Shown here: positions 1-7,953 of the stretch, piece after piece | Position numbering within the stretch: position 1 is the stretch's first letter | How the letters are laid out: each line of letters opens with the position of its first letter | NCBI GenBank assembly: GCA_017412505.1 | Contig: JAFPXN010000044.1 | Coordinates: 3,619 to 67,618 of the forward strand | Length of the DNA stretch: 64,000 bases | Direction: 5' to 3' | DNA from: Bacillota bacterium | GTDB lineage: Bacteria > Bacillota > Clostridia > Peptostreptococcales > Anaerovoracaceae | Program-made: the position numbers and the translations under genes | The notes under the pieces: model-generated | Database searches by the model: none | What the model was told of the DNA's origin: nothing | Seen by the model: the letters and a program-made list of their open reading frames with translations, nothing else

Positions 1-536
1 AGCGTCCGACTCTTTTTAGAGAAACCAAAAATCCAGAGACGTATATAGTGGTTCCCGCAGTTTCCTCGGAAAAGCGTAGATATGTCCCAATCGGTTTTTT
101 GAATTCTGATACGATTCCCACAAACCTTGTAATCATTATTCCAGACGCCAGTTTATACCACTTTGGTGTTTTGGAATCCAACGTCCACATGTCATGGATG
201 CGTACAGTCTGCGGAAGGTTGAAAAGCGATTATCGCTACAGCAAAGACATCGTCTACAACAACTTCCCCTGGCCGGATCCCACCCCGGAACAGAAGGCGA
301 AGATCGAGCAGACGGCGCAGGCTATTCTGGATGCCAGGGCGCTCTACCCGGAGGCTTCGCTGGCAGATCTTTACGACGAGCTCACCATGCCGCCCGAGCT
401 GCGCAAGGCACACCAGGCCAACGACCGGGCCGTCATGCAGGCCTACGGCATGCCCATTAAGGAGACCGACGAGGCGGCCTGCGTTGCCTGGCTCATGCGC
501 CTGTATCAGGAGAAGGTGGGGGAGTTAGAGAAGTAA
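1..536 (+). CDS. C-terminal part of an MmeI-family (type IIG/IIL) restriction-modification enzyme / DNA methyltransferase; the 5' end lies outside the window
   Basis: Frame 3 is open from nt 3 (RPTLFRETKNPETYIVVPAVSSEKRRYVPIGF...). The motifs VSSEKRRYVPIGF, YHFGVLESNVHMSWMR, YRYSKDIVYNNFPWP and LADLYD..MPPELRKAHQANDRAV are typical of the target-recognition/C-terminal region of MmeI-like enzymes. Stop TAA at 534-536. Confidence 0.75.
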   Translation, partial: RPTLFRETKNPETYIVVPAVSSEKRRYVPIGFLNSDTIPTNLVIIIPDASLYHFGVLESNVHMSWMRTVCGRLKSDYRYSKDIVYNNFPWPDPTPEQKAKIEQTAQAILDARALYPEASLADLYDELTMPPELRKAHQANDRAVMQAYGMPIKETDEAACVAWLMRLYQEKVGELEK

Positions 537-557
537 ATCGTTGCAAGGCATATTAAA

Positions 558-584
558 ACAGGGCAGGTTATACACCTGTCCTGT
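558..584 (+). terminator. Stem-loop just 3' of the methyltransferase stop; possible terminator without a clear U tract
   Basis: ACAGGGCAGG / CCTGTCCTGT form a 10-bp inverted repeat (one G.U on the + strand) around a 7-nt loop, about 20 nt after the stop codon. Confidence 0.3.
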
Positions 585-676
585 TACGATCGCATTCAGA
601 GTAGCGAAAGACTCACTGATAAATGTCTTGATTAGGGTCAAGAGAAACCCACTAAATGGTAACCTGAGTATAGAGA

Positions 677-705
677 TTATTAAGAATTGTGTCAAGTGTT
701 ATAAT
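677..705 (+). promoter_or_regulatory. Extended -10 promoter candidate for the DUF3800 gene
   Basis: TGtTATAAT at 697-705, a weak -35 TTATTA at 677-682 with a 17-nt spacer, 44 nt upstream of ATG 749. Confidence 0.4.
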
Positions 706-748
706 TTACTGCATTTACATAAATAGTAATTTATGGTATAGTGCTGAT

Positions 749-1324
749 ATGGTTCTTTTTGTCGATGAAACAGAAAATTTAAAATATTTCATAGTGGCTG
801 GATTGATTGTTGATAACCAGGCTTCCATGGAACTTGCATATAAAACATTCAAGAAAAGTTTATCCGGATTCAACATTCCCCCCAAATATAAATCCAAAGT
901 GTTTACTGAGTTCAAGTCAACTCTGCTAGATCGGGATTATAAAAAAATCAAAATTTCACTTTTGATGACTGTTAGAAATGCAAGCTTTTTGATTCTATAT
1001 TCTATCTATGAAAAAGTTTCACCACGGATTGATCAATTGACTAAAGAGAAAATATATATCCAAAATCTTTCGCACATAATTGAGAATCTGAAAGAGACGG
1101 GTGACATAGTTTTTGATGGATTTGGGAAAGCTGATTTTGAAAAGGATATCATGGATGCCTTTAAAGATGATCCTAGGGTTCTAAGCATTCGACCTGCGGA
1201 TTCTCAGACCGAACACGGGTTACAATTTGTTGACAACATATGCAGCACAGTGCGCTTGCATAAGTCTGAAATGGATATGGATAATTACTTCGATATTATC
1301 AGAGATATTGCAAAAGAGGTTTGA
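749..1324 (+). CDS. DUF3800-family protein of unknown function, on an AT-rich islet
   Basis: N-terminal MVLFVDETEN (the FxDE(S/T) motif) and C-terminal ADSQTEHGLQFVDNI (DS..LQxxD motif), at the family's usual size of about 190 aa. I prefer ATG 749 to the GTG at 689 in the ORF track because the -10 element sits at 700-705. Confidence 0.65.
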   Translation: MVLFVDETENLKYFIVAGLIVDNQASMELAYKTFKKSLSGFNIPPKYKSKVFTEFKSTLLDRDYKKIKISLLMTVRNASFLILYSIYEKVSPRIDQLTKEKIYIQNLSHIIENLKETGDIVFDGFGKADFEKDIMDAFKDDPRVLSIRPADSQTEHGLQFVDNICSTVRLHKSEMDMDNYFDIIRDIAKEV

Positions 1325-1360
1325 CAATAGTCCTGATTGATGGTAATATGTGGATAAGAA

Positions 1361-1419
1361 GTGTGGCCTCCTGGCGGTTTGTAGCTGGGTGTACGGAAAA
1401 CGTAGGACCACGCTTTTTT
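1361..1419 (+). terminator. Structured intrinsic terminator after the DUF3800 gene
   Basis: Outer stem GUGUGGCCU / AGGaCCACGC with two internal hairpins (CCUGGC..GCUGGG and UACG-GAAAA-CGUA), followed by a T6 run at 1414-1419. Confidence 0.55.
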
Positions 1420-1440
1420 ATTGGATTGTTATAATGATTA

Positions 1441-1488
1441 TTGACATAAGTCAAAACCGGGTATAACATCATAACTGACATATGTCAG
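1441..1488 (+). promoter_or_regulatory. Promoter of the DUF134 fusion gene with two related palindromic operator candidates
   Basis: -35 TTGACA at 1441-1446 and -10 TAACAT at 1464-1469 with a 17-nt spacer. Palindromes TTGACATAAGTCAA (1441-1454) and CTGACATATGTCAG (1475-1488) have centres 34 bp apart. RBS AGGAGAG lies at 1491-1497. Confidence 0.5.
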
Positions 1489-1500
1489 AAAGGAGAGCCT

Positions 1501-2691
1501 ATGCCGAGACCGACCCGTTGCCGCAGAATCGAACAGATGCCGGTCTACCGGAGCTTTTCCCCGGACGACGTGGCCGATGCCGAGACCGTGCGCATGACGG
1601 TGGACGAGTACGAAGCATTGCGCCTTCTGGACGACGAAGGTTTAACGCAGGAGGCCTGCGCGGCTAAGATGAACGTCGCACGGACCACCGTTACGGCGAT
1701 ATACGACAGCGCCAGAAAGAAGATCGCGGAGACGATCGTTCATGGAAAACGCCTGGTGATTGCGGGCGGCCGCTGCGAATATGCGCCGGTAGACATCGAC
1801 CAACCCATCAGAGAGAAAGGAAACGATACGATGAGAATCGCAGTCAGTTATGAAAACGGAACAATTTTTCAGCATTTCGGACATACCGAGCAGTTTAAGC
1901 TGTACGACGTGGAAGACGGCAAGATCGCAGCCGAGCAGATCGTAAACACCAACGGGAGCGGTCACGGCGCGCTGGCCGGTTTCCTGAAGGCCGCAAAGGC
2001 AGACGTCCTGATCTGCGGCGGCATCGGCGGCGGTGCGCAGACGGCGCTGCAGGAGCAGGGCATCGAGCTGTGCGCAGGCGCCAGCGGCAATGCGGATGCG
2101 GCGGTACAGGCCTATCTGCGCGGCGAGCTGATCAATACCGGCGCGAACTGTGACCACCACGATCACCACGGGGAAGGCCACGAGTGCGGCGATCACGGCT
2201 GCGGTGAACACGACTGCGGGGGTCACGACGGCGGCTGCGGCGGATGCCACAGTCCCCGGATGGAAGGCCCGAACGTAGGGAAAAAGGTCCGTACCCATTA
2301 CCGCGGCACCTTCAACGACGGCACGCAGTTCGATTCCTCTTACGACCGGGGCGAACCCCTGGAATTCGTCTGCGGCGCAGGGATGATGATCCCCGGGTTC
2401 GACAAGGCCGTCGCGGACATGAAAGTGGGCGAGATCCGCAAGGTGCATCTGATGCCGGAGGAAGCATACGGCGTCCGCGATCTGGGCAACGTGTTTACGC
2501 TGGAGATCCAGCAGCTGCCCGGTTCCCAGGACCTGAACGTGGGCGAACGGGCCTACCTGCAGACGATGGACGGCCGTCCCTTCGAAGTGCAGGTCACCGC
2601 GAAGGATGACAAAAACATCACGCTGGACGCCAACCATGAGATGGCGGGCAAAGAGCTGAACTTCGAGATCGAACTGGTGGAAGTCCTGTAA
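1501..2691 (+). CDS. Four-module fusion: DUF134/UPF0251 putative DNA-binding domain + NifX/NifB-like cluster-binding domain + His/Cys-rich metal tract + SlyD-type FKBP peptidyl-prolyl isomerase
   Basis: MPRPTRCRRIEQMP.. (DUF134). MRIAVSYENGTIFQHFGHTEQFKLYDV..ICGGIGGGAQ (NifX-like). NCDHHDHHGEGHECGDHGCGEHDCGGHDGGCGGCH at nt 2146-2250. VRTHYRGTFNDGTQFDSSYDRGEPLEFVCGAGMMIPGFDKAV..DANHEMAGKELNFEIELVEV (FKBP with IF insert). Confidence 0.8.
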   Translation: MPRPTRCRRIEQMPVYRSFSPDDVADAETVRMTVDEYEALRLLDDEGLTQEACAAKMNVARTTVTAIYDSARKKIAETIVHGKRLVIAGGRCEYAPVDIDQPIREKGNDTMRIAVSYENGTIFQHFGHTEQFKLYDVEDGKIAAEQIVNTNGSGHGALAGFLKAAKADVLICGGIGGGAQTALQEQGIELCAGASGNADAAVQAYLRGELINTGANCDHHDHHGEGHECGDHGCGEHDCGGHDGGCGGCHSPRMEGPNVGKKVRTHYRGTFNDGTQFDSSYDRGEPLEFVCGAGMMIPGFDKAVADMKVGEIRKVHLMPEEAYGVRDLGNVFTLEIQQLPGSQDLNVGERAYLQTMDGRPFEVQVTAKDDKNITLDANHEMAGKELNFEIELVEVL

Positions 2692-2695
2692 AGCG

Positions 2696-3337
2696 ATGCG
2701 GTTCCCAGATGCGTATTTCATCACCGGCACCGCCTACGCGGGCAAGTCGACGATGGTAAAGCTGCTGGCGGAAAAATACGGCGGCATTTTCTGCGGAGAG
2801 AATTATCATAACGAAAGGCTGGAAGGGCTGGATCCCGCGGAGTTTCCGGGCCTGACGTACACCCGCGACCTGGAAGACTGGCACGATTTCGTGCGCAGGA
2901 CGCCGGATGAGTACGAAGCCTGGATCGACCGCACGTCGAAGGAATGCGAGATCCTGGAGCTGCAGATGCTGGAAGACCTGTCGAAACAGGGCAGGAAGAT
3001 CTTCGTGGATACGAACATCTCCGTGGAGACGCTGCGGCAGATCTCGGACGACCGCCACGTGCTGATCATGCTGGCGGATCCGGACGTTTCCGTCCGCCGT
3101 TTCTTCGACCGGCCGGACCGGGAGAAACAGTTTCTGTACCGGCTGATGCTGGAAGAACCGGACCCGGAGGCGTCGCTGGAGAACTTCCGGCAGTGCCTGA
3201 TGCGGATCAATTCGCCGGAGCGCTGCGACGCGTTTCTTCACTGCGGCTTCCCCGTGCTGCTGCGGGATGAGGGAAGGACCGTGGAACAGACGCTGGCGCT
3301 GGTCGAACGGAGCTTCGGCCTGGAGGGCAACACATGA
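2696..3337 (+). CDS. P-loop NTPase / small-molecule-kinase-like protein of unknown substrate
   Basis: Walker A-like GTAYAGKST near the N-terminus in a 213-aa ORF with codon usage like its neighbours. There is no clear RBS. Confidence 0.5.
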   Translation: MRFPDAYFITGTAYAGKSTMVKLLAEKYGGIFCGENYHNERLEGLDPAEFPGLTYTRDLEDWHDFVRRTPDEYEAWIDRTSKECEILELQMLEDLSKQGRKIFVDTNISVETLRQISDDRHVLIMLADPDVSVRRFFDRPDREKQFLYRLMLEEPDPEASLENFRQCLMRINSPERCDAFLHCGFPVLLRDEGRTVEQTLALVERSFGLEGNT

Positions 3338-4386
3338 GGAAAAAGAACAGAAAAGGAGTGATCGTTATGGCGGTCCTGCTCAGCCTGCTGACGCTTTTCG
3401 GACTCGGCGGATGCAAAGAGGATGCCGTACCGGAACCGGAACCCATCGACGGCGGCACGACGACCCATACGGACGCAAACGCGCCGAAGGTGATCGAATC
3501 GAAGGACATCACAGAGTTCAGCGTGGATTTTTATCTGTCGAACCGCTGGCGGGGCGACGAGGAACGTTACTTCCGCTTTGCTGTAAAAGAGAAGGGCGGC
3601 GTGCTGACCGCTTCAGAAGAGGAATCCGGTATCAGCCATCCGGCGGATGCGGCGCTTCTGACTGCGCTGCAGGAGATCATCGATAAATATGACCTCGTGA
3701 AGGAGAACGGCATCTATCAGGTGACCGCCGGTCTTCCGACGGAATACCAGGCGAGGACGCTGTTTGTGAAGTATGTCTCAGGCGAGACGCTCACGTTCAC
3801 GACGAACAACGAGCCGGAAGCAGCCTGGGCAGAGAGCATCTACGATCTCTTTGCGGACTGGTTTGCAGCAAACGGAGACGAAACGCTGCGCCCGGCGAAG
3901 GAGGAGAGCCTCGTGTCGCGGCTGGACCTGCGGATCAGGGAAGGCTCCGTCTGGACGGAATTCGGCGGCATCAACGTGCAGGAAGAGGATGCCATCGACG
4001 GGCAGACGTATCTGCTGTTCCATGAGATCTATAACGAACAGACGCAGGAGACGGATGCGTGGGATTTCCGGCTGTTCCCGGAAGGCTATTACGAAGGCCT
4101 GACGGCTATCCTTGCGGAGCACGATGTGGTCCGGACATATGAATTCAGCTATTATGACCGGGAATCGGGCAATTACGGCAACCATGACGAAGGATATTTC
4201 GGATTCGGCGATAAGACGACGGCGGACGGCGAGGCGGATTCGGAAGACCTCTACGTGGACCTCTACGTTGAATATGAGAGCGGCCGGAGGATGACCATCG
4301 AGACGAAAAAGGCGAGCGAGATCGAAGGCCTGCAGCCTCTGATTCGGGACCTGCTGGCATATTTCGAGCCGCTTTTCGAAGAATAG
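3334..4386 (+). CDS. Lipoprotein of unknown function
   Basis: Signal peptide with lipobox LFGLGG-C (MRKKNRKGVIVMAVLLSLLTLFGLGGCKED). The ATG overlaps the upstream stop (ATGA). Confidence 0.6.
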   Translation: MRKKNRKGVIVMAVLLSLLTLFGLGGCKEDAVPEPEPIDGGTTTHTDANAPKVIESKDITEFSVDFYLSNRWRGDEERYFRFAVKEKGGVLTASEEESGISHPADAALLTALQEIIDKYDLVKENGIYQVTAGLPTEYQARTLFVKYVSGETLTFTTNNEPEAAWAESIYDLFADWFAANGDETLRPAKEESLVSRLDLRIREGSVWTEFGGINVQEEDAIDGQTYLLFHEIYNEQTQETDAWDFRLFPEGYYEGLTAILAEHDVVRTYEFSYYDRESGNYGNHDEGYFGFGDKTTADGEADSEDLYVDLYVEYESGRRMTIETKKASEIEGLQPLIRDLLAYFEPLFEE

Positions 4387-4410
4387 AACAATCGCTCAGG
4401 AGGACGGACA

Positions 4411-5544
4411 ATGGACAAGAACATCTATGAAAAAGCAACTGCGCTGCGTCACGAGATCCACGCGCATCCCTGCCTTTCCAATCAGGAAAGGCCCACGTTC
4501 GATACGATCATCGCGTTCCTGAAGGAGAATACGAAGAATATCGAGATCATGGACAGGGGACACTACGTGCTGGCCCGTTACAAGGCGGCCGACCCGAAGA
4601 AGGGCCCCATCGCGTTCCGCGCGGACGTGGACGCCATCCTGGTGTATGACGACATCGACAAGCCCTGGAAGAGCGTCGTCGACGGCGTGGGCCACAAGTG
4701 CGGTCACGACGGCCATGCCGCGCAGCTCGCCGGCCTCGCGCTGCAGCTGGACAAAGACGGGGCGGACAGGGACGTCTACATGATCTTCCAGCCGGCGGAG
4801 GAGAACGGCACGGGCTCGGCCATGTGCACGGACTTCCTGACGGAATTCGGCGTGGAGGAGATCTACGGCTTCCACAGCCAGGCGGGAGCGCCCAAGTATA
4901 CCGTGATGCTCCGGGACGGCCTGTACTGCTGCGCGTCCAAGGGCATGACCGTGACCATGACCGGTTCGCCGGCCCACGCCAGCCAGCCTGAAGACGGCCT
5001 GAATCCCTCGGAAGCCATCGCCAAGACGGTGCTGGCCGTTTCTCAGATCGCGGACCAGAGCCGATACAAGGGCCTGGTGCTCGCGACGATCGTGCAGATC
5101 GACGTGGGCGAAAAGGAGGCGTTCGGTGTCGCCGCGTCCAAAGGCAAGCTGCTGATGACCATCCGCGGAGAGATCGAGGCGGAGATGGATCTGCTGCAGC
5201 GCCGGCTGGAGGACGAAGCCATGAAGAACGCCGCGGAATACGGTCTGGCCTGCGAATTCTCCTACTGCGACGCGTTCCCCGAGACCGTCAGTACGCCGGC
5301 ATGCAACGTAAAGCTGCGCAAGGCCTGCGACGCGCTGGGATACAAGTGGTGGGACAGACCCCTGTTCTACCGGGGCAGCGAGGACTTCGGCAACTTTACG
5401 AAGATCGTTCCCGGCGCCATGTTCTTTATCTCCAACGGTTTGGACGGCGAATGCGACGGCTGTCACACCTCTCATTTCGACTTTAACGACGAACTCATCG
5501 AGATGGTCGTCAACATCGAGATGGAACTGATCCGTACGGCGTAA
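4411..5544 (+). CDS. M20D-family amidohydrolase / peptidase (N-acyl-amino-acid amidohydrolase-like)
   Basis: Motifs HAHPCLSNQE, FRADVDA, HKCGHDGH, IFQPAEENGTG and a C-terminal HTSHFDFNDE. Confidence 0.75.
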   Translation: MDKNIYEKATALRHEIHAHPCLSNQERPTFDTIIAFLKENTKNIEIMDRGHYVLARYKAADPKKGPIAFRADVDAILVYDDIDKPWKSVVDGVGHKCGHDGHAAQLAGLALQLDKDGADRDVYMIFQPAEENGTGSAMCTDFLTEFGVEEIYGFHSQAGAPKYTVMLRDGLYCCASKGMTVTMTGSPAHASQPEDGLNPSEAIAKTVLAVSQIADQSRYKGLVLATIVQIDVGEKEAFGVAASKGKLLMTIRGEIEAEMDLLQRRLEDEAMKNAAEYGLACEFSYCDAFPETVSTPACNVKLRKACDALGYKWWDRPLFYRGSEDFGNFTKIVPGAMFFISNGLDGECDGCHTSHFDFNDELIEMVVNIEMELIRTA

Positions 5545-5611
5545 CCATTAAATGTAAATCGTATCCACTTAAATTAATTGTACGAACTTTGATAAATCGT
5601 ATACAATCCGT

Positions 5612-5657
5612 GCCCGTAGTGATATACTGTTAGTGTATAGAACTACGGGCATTTTTA
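5612..5657 (+). terminator. Intrinsic terminator, or a leader hairpin, between the M20 gene and aconitase
   Basis: GCCCGUAGU / ACUACGGGC 9-bp stem with an extended inner stem, followed by AUUUUUAU. Confidence 0.6.
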
Positions 5658-5694
5658 TGCCTTGCAATAGTCGTTAAAAGAAAAGGAGAGACAA

Positions 5695-7932
5695 ATGATC
5701 CAGCTGCATGAACAGGGCGTCTTCCTCGTAGACGGCAAACCTTGCGATCAGGGTTTGGAACCGAAGGAAGAAGCCAAGAAAAAGACCATTGCTTACAGCA
5801 TTCTGCAGGCTCACAACAAGTCCGGCGACCCGGAAAAGCTGCAGATCACGTTCGACGCCATGGTTTCCCACGACATCACGTATGTCGGGATCATCCAGAC
5901 GGCCAGAGGTTCCGGCCTGAAGGAATTCCCCATGCCCTACGCCATGACGAACTGCCACAATTCCCTGTGCGCGGTCGGCGGCACGATCAATGAAGACGAC
6001 CACGTGTTCGGACTGTCCGCTGCCAAGAAGTACGGCGGCATCTATGTTCCGGCCAACATGTCCGTCATCCACTCCTATGCGAGAGAAGAGATGGCCAAGT
6101 GCGGCGCCATGATCCTCGGCTCCGACTCCCACACCCGCTACGGCGCCCTGGGCACCATGGCAGTGGGCGAAGGCGGTCCCGAGCTCGTCAAGCAGCTCCT
6201 GAAGAACACCTGGGATCTGAACTATCCCGAAGTCGTGCTCGTGTATCTCACCGGCAAGCCCAGAAAGGGCATCGGTCCCCACGACGTCGCGATCTCCCTG
6301 GTCAAGGCCACGTTCGCGAACGGTTTCGTGAAGAACAAGGTGCTCGAATTCGCAGGCCCCGGCCTGAAGTACCTGCCCATCGACTTCCGCAACGGCATCG
6401 ACGTCATGACGACCGAGACGACCTGCGTCTCCTCCATCTGGGAGACCGACGAGATCACCGAAGGCTTCTTCAAGGCTCACGAGAGAGCAGGCGACTACAA
6501 GAAGCTGCAGGCAGGCAACGGCGCCTACTACGACTCCATGATCACCATCGATCTGGACAAGCAGGAATCCATGATCGCGCTGCCGTTCCATCCCTCCAAC
6601 GCCTACACCATCCACGAATTCCAGGCGAACGCCAAGGAGATCCTGGCAGGTGTCGAAGCGGAAGCCGCCAAGAAGTTCCCGAAGGCTCACATGGATCTGC
6701 AGTCCAAGGTCCACGAAGACGGCGTCTATGCGGAACAGGGCATCATCGCAGGCTGCTCCGGCGGCATGTTCGACTCCATCGACGAGGCAAGCTGCATCCT
6801 GAAGGACAAGAGTACCGGCAACAGCTACTTCTCCATGAGCGTCTATCCGACATCCGTTCCCGTATCCCTGGAACTCACGAAGATCGGCGCCACCCAGACC
6901 CTGATGGAAGCCGGCGTCGTCATCAAACCGTCCTTCTGCGGTCCGTGCTTCGGCGCAGGCGATGTGCCCGCGAATAACGGCCTGTCCTTAAGACACACCA
7001 CAAGAAACTTCCCGAACAGAGAAGGTTCCAAGCCCGGTGAAGGCCAGATCTCCGGCGTAGCCCTGATGGACGCCCGCTCCATCGCTGCCACCGCGGCGAA
7101 CGGAGGCCGCATCACCGCCGCGACCGACATCGACTACGAGTACACGCCGCACGAATATCACTTCGACAAGGAAGTGTACAACAAGAGACTGTACTACGGA
7201 TTCGGCAAGGCAGATCCGTCCGTCGAACTCATCCTCGGACCGAACATCACCGACTGGCCGAAGATGTATCAGCTGACCGACAACATCATGCTGAAGCTGG
7301 CCGCGGTCATCCATGACCCCGTCACCACCACGGACGAACTCATCCCCTCCGGCGAGACGAGCTCTCTGCGTTCCAACCCGCTGAAGCTGTCCGAGTACGC
7401 GCTGTCCAGACGCTGCCCCGAATACGTCGGCAAGTCCAAGGCCATCGCGGCGCAGGAGAAGGCGAGAAGAGAAGGCGGCGACGTCGCGGCTCTGAAGGAA
7501 GCGCTGGCTAAGGTCGGCGACGCGGACGAACTGCTGAAGAACACCCAGTTCGGTTCCTGCGTCTTCGCCAACAAGCCCGGCGACGGTTCCGCGAGAGAGC
7601 AGGCCGCGTCCTGCCAGAAGGTGCTGGGCGGCTTCGCCAACATCTGCTACGAATTCGCCACGAAGCGCTATCGCAGCAACTGCATCAACTGGGGCATCCT
7701 GCCGTTCACCATCGATCCGGAGACCAAGTTCGATTACGAAGAAGACGACTACGTCTTCGTTCCGGGCATCCGCAAGGCGGTCGCCGAAGGCATCGAAGAC
7801 ATCCCGGCCAAGGTCATCACCAAGAACGGCGTCGACGACATTATGCTCCACATCAAGGGTCTGACCGAAGACGAGAAGACCATCATCCTGGAAGGCTGCC
7901 TGATGAACTTCTACGCAGCCAAGCTGAAGTAG
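5695..7932 (+). CDS. acn: Aconitate hydratase (aconitase family, 745 aa)
   Basis: Fe-S ligand motifs GSDSHTRYG and FCGPCFGAGD, a C-terminal swivel-domain-like region, an RBS AAAGGAGAG, and IDH directly downstream. Confidence 0.8.
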   Translation: MIQLHEQGVFLVDGKPCDQGLEPKEEAKKKTIAYSILQAHNKSGDPEKLQITFDAMVSHDITYVGIIQTARGSGLKEFPMPYAMTNCHNSLCAVGGTINEDDHVFGLSAAKKYGGIYVPANMSVIHSYAREEMAKCGAMILGSDSHTRYGALGTMAVGEGGPELVKQLLKNTWDLNYPEVVLVYLTGKPRKGIGPHDVAISLVKATFANGFVKNKVLEFAGPGLKYLPIDFRNGIDVMTTETTCVSSIWETDEITEGFFKAHERAGDYKKLQAGNGAYYDSMITIDLDKQESMIALPFHPSNAYTIHEFQANAKEILAGVEAEAAKKFPKAHMDLQSKVHEDGVYAEQGIIAGCSGGMFDSIDEASCILKDKSTGNSYFSMSVYPTSVPVSLELTKIGATQTLMEAGVVIKPSFCGPCFGAGDVPANNGLSLRHTTRNFPNREGSKPGEGQISGVALMDARSIAATAANGGRITAATDIDYEYTPHEYHFDKEVYNKRLYYGFGKADPSVELILGPNITDWPKMYQLTDNIMLKLAAVIHDPVTTTDELIPSGETSSLRSNPLKLSEYALSRRCPEYVGKSKAIAAQEKARREGGDVAALKEALAKVGDADELLKNTQFGSCVFANKPGDGSAREQAASCQKVLGGFANICYEFATKRYRSNCINWGILPFTIDPETKFDYEEDDYVFVPGIRKAVAEGIEDIPAKVITKNGVDDIMLHIKGLTEDEKTIILEGCLMNFYAAKLK

Positions 7933-7953
7933 TTTAGGGAGGTTCATACGAAC

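Noticed and set aside
541-726. A 61-codon ORF in the AT-rich spacer before the DUF3800 gene
   Set aside because: It has a TTG start without an RBS, spans the putative terminator hairpin and the promoter, and shows no motif.
5553-5606. Catabolite-responsive (cre) sites in the TAAATCGTAT boxes
   Set aside because: Aligning on the central CG gives mismatches at the invariant TG/CA ends of the cre consensus TGWNANCGNTNWCA in both boxes.
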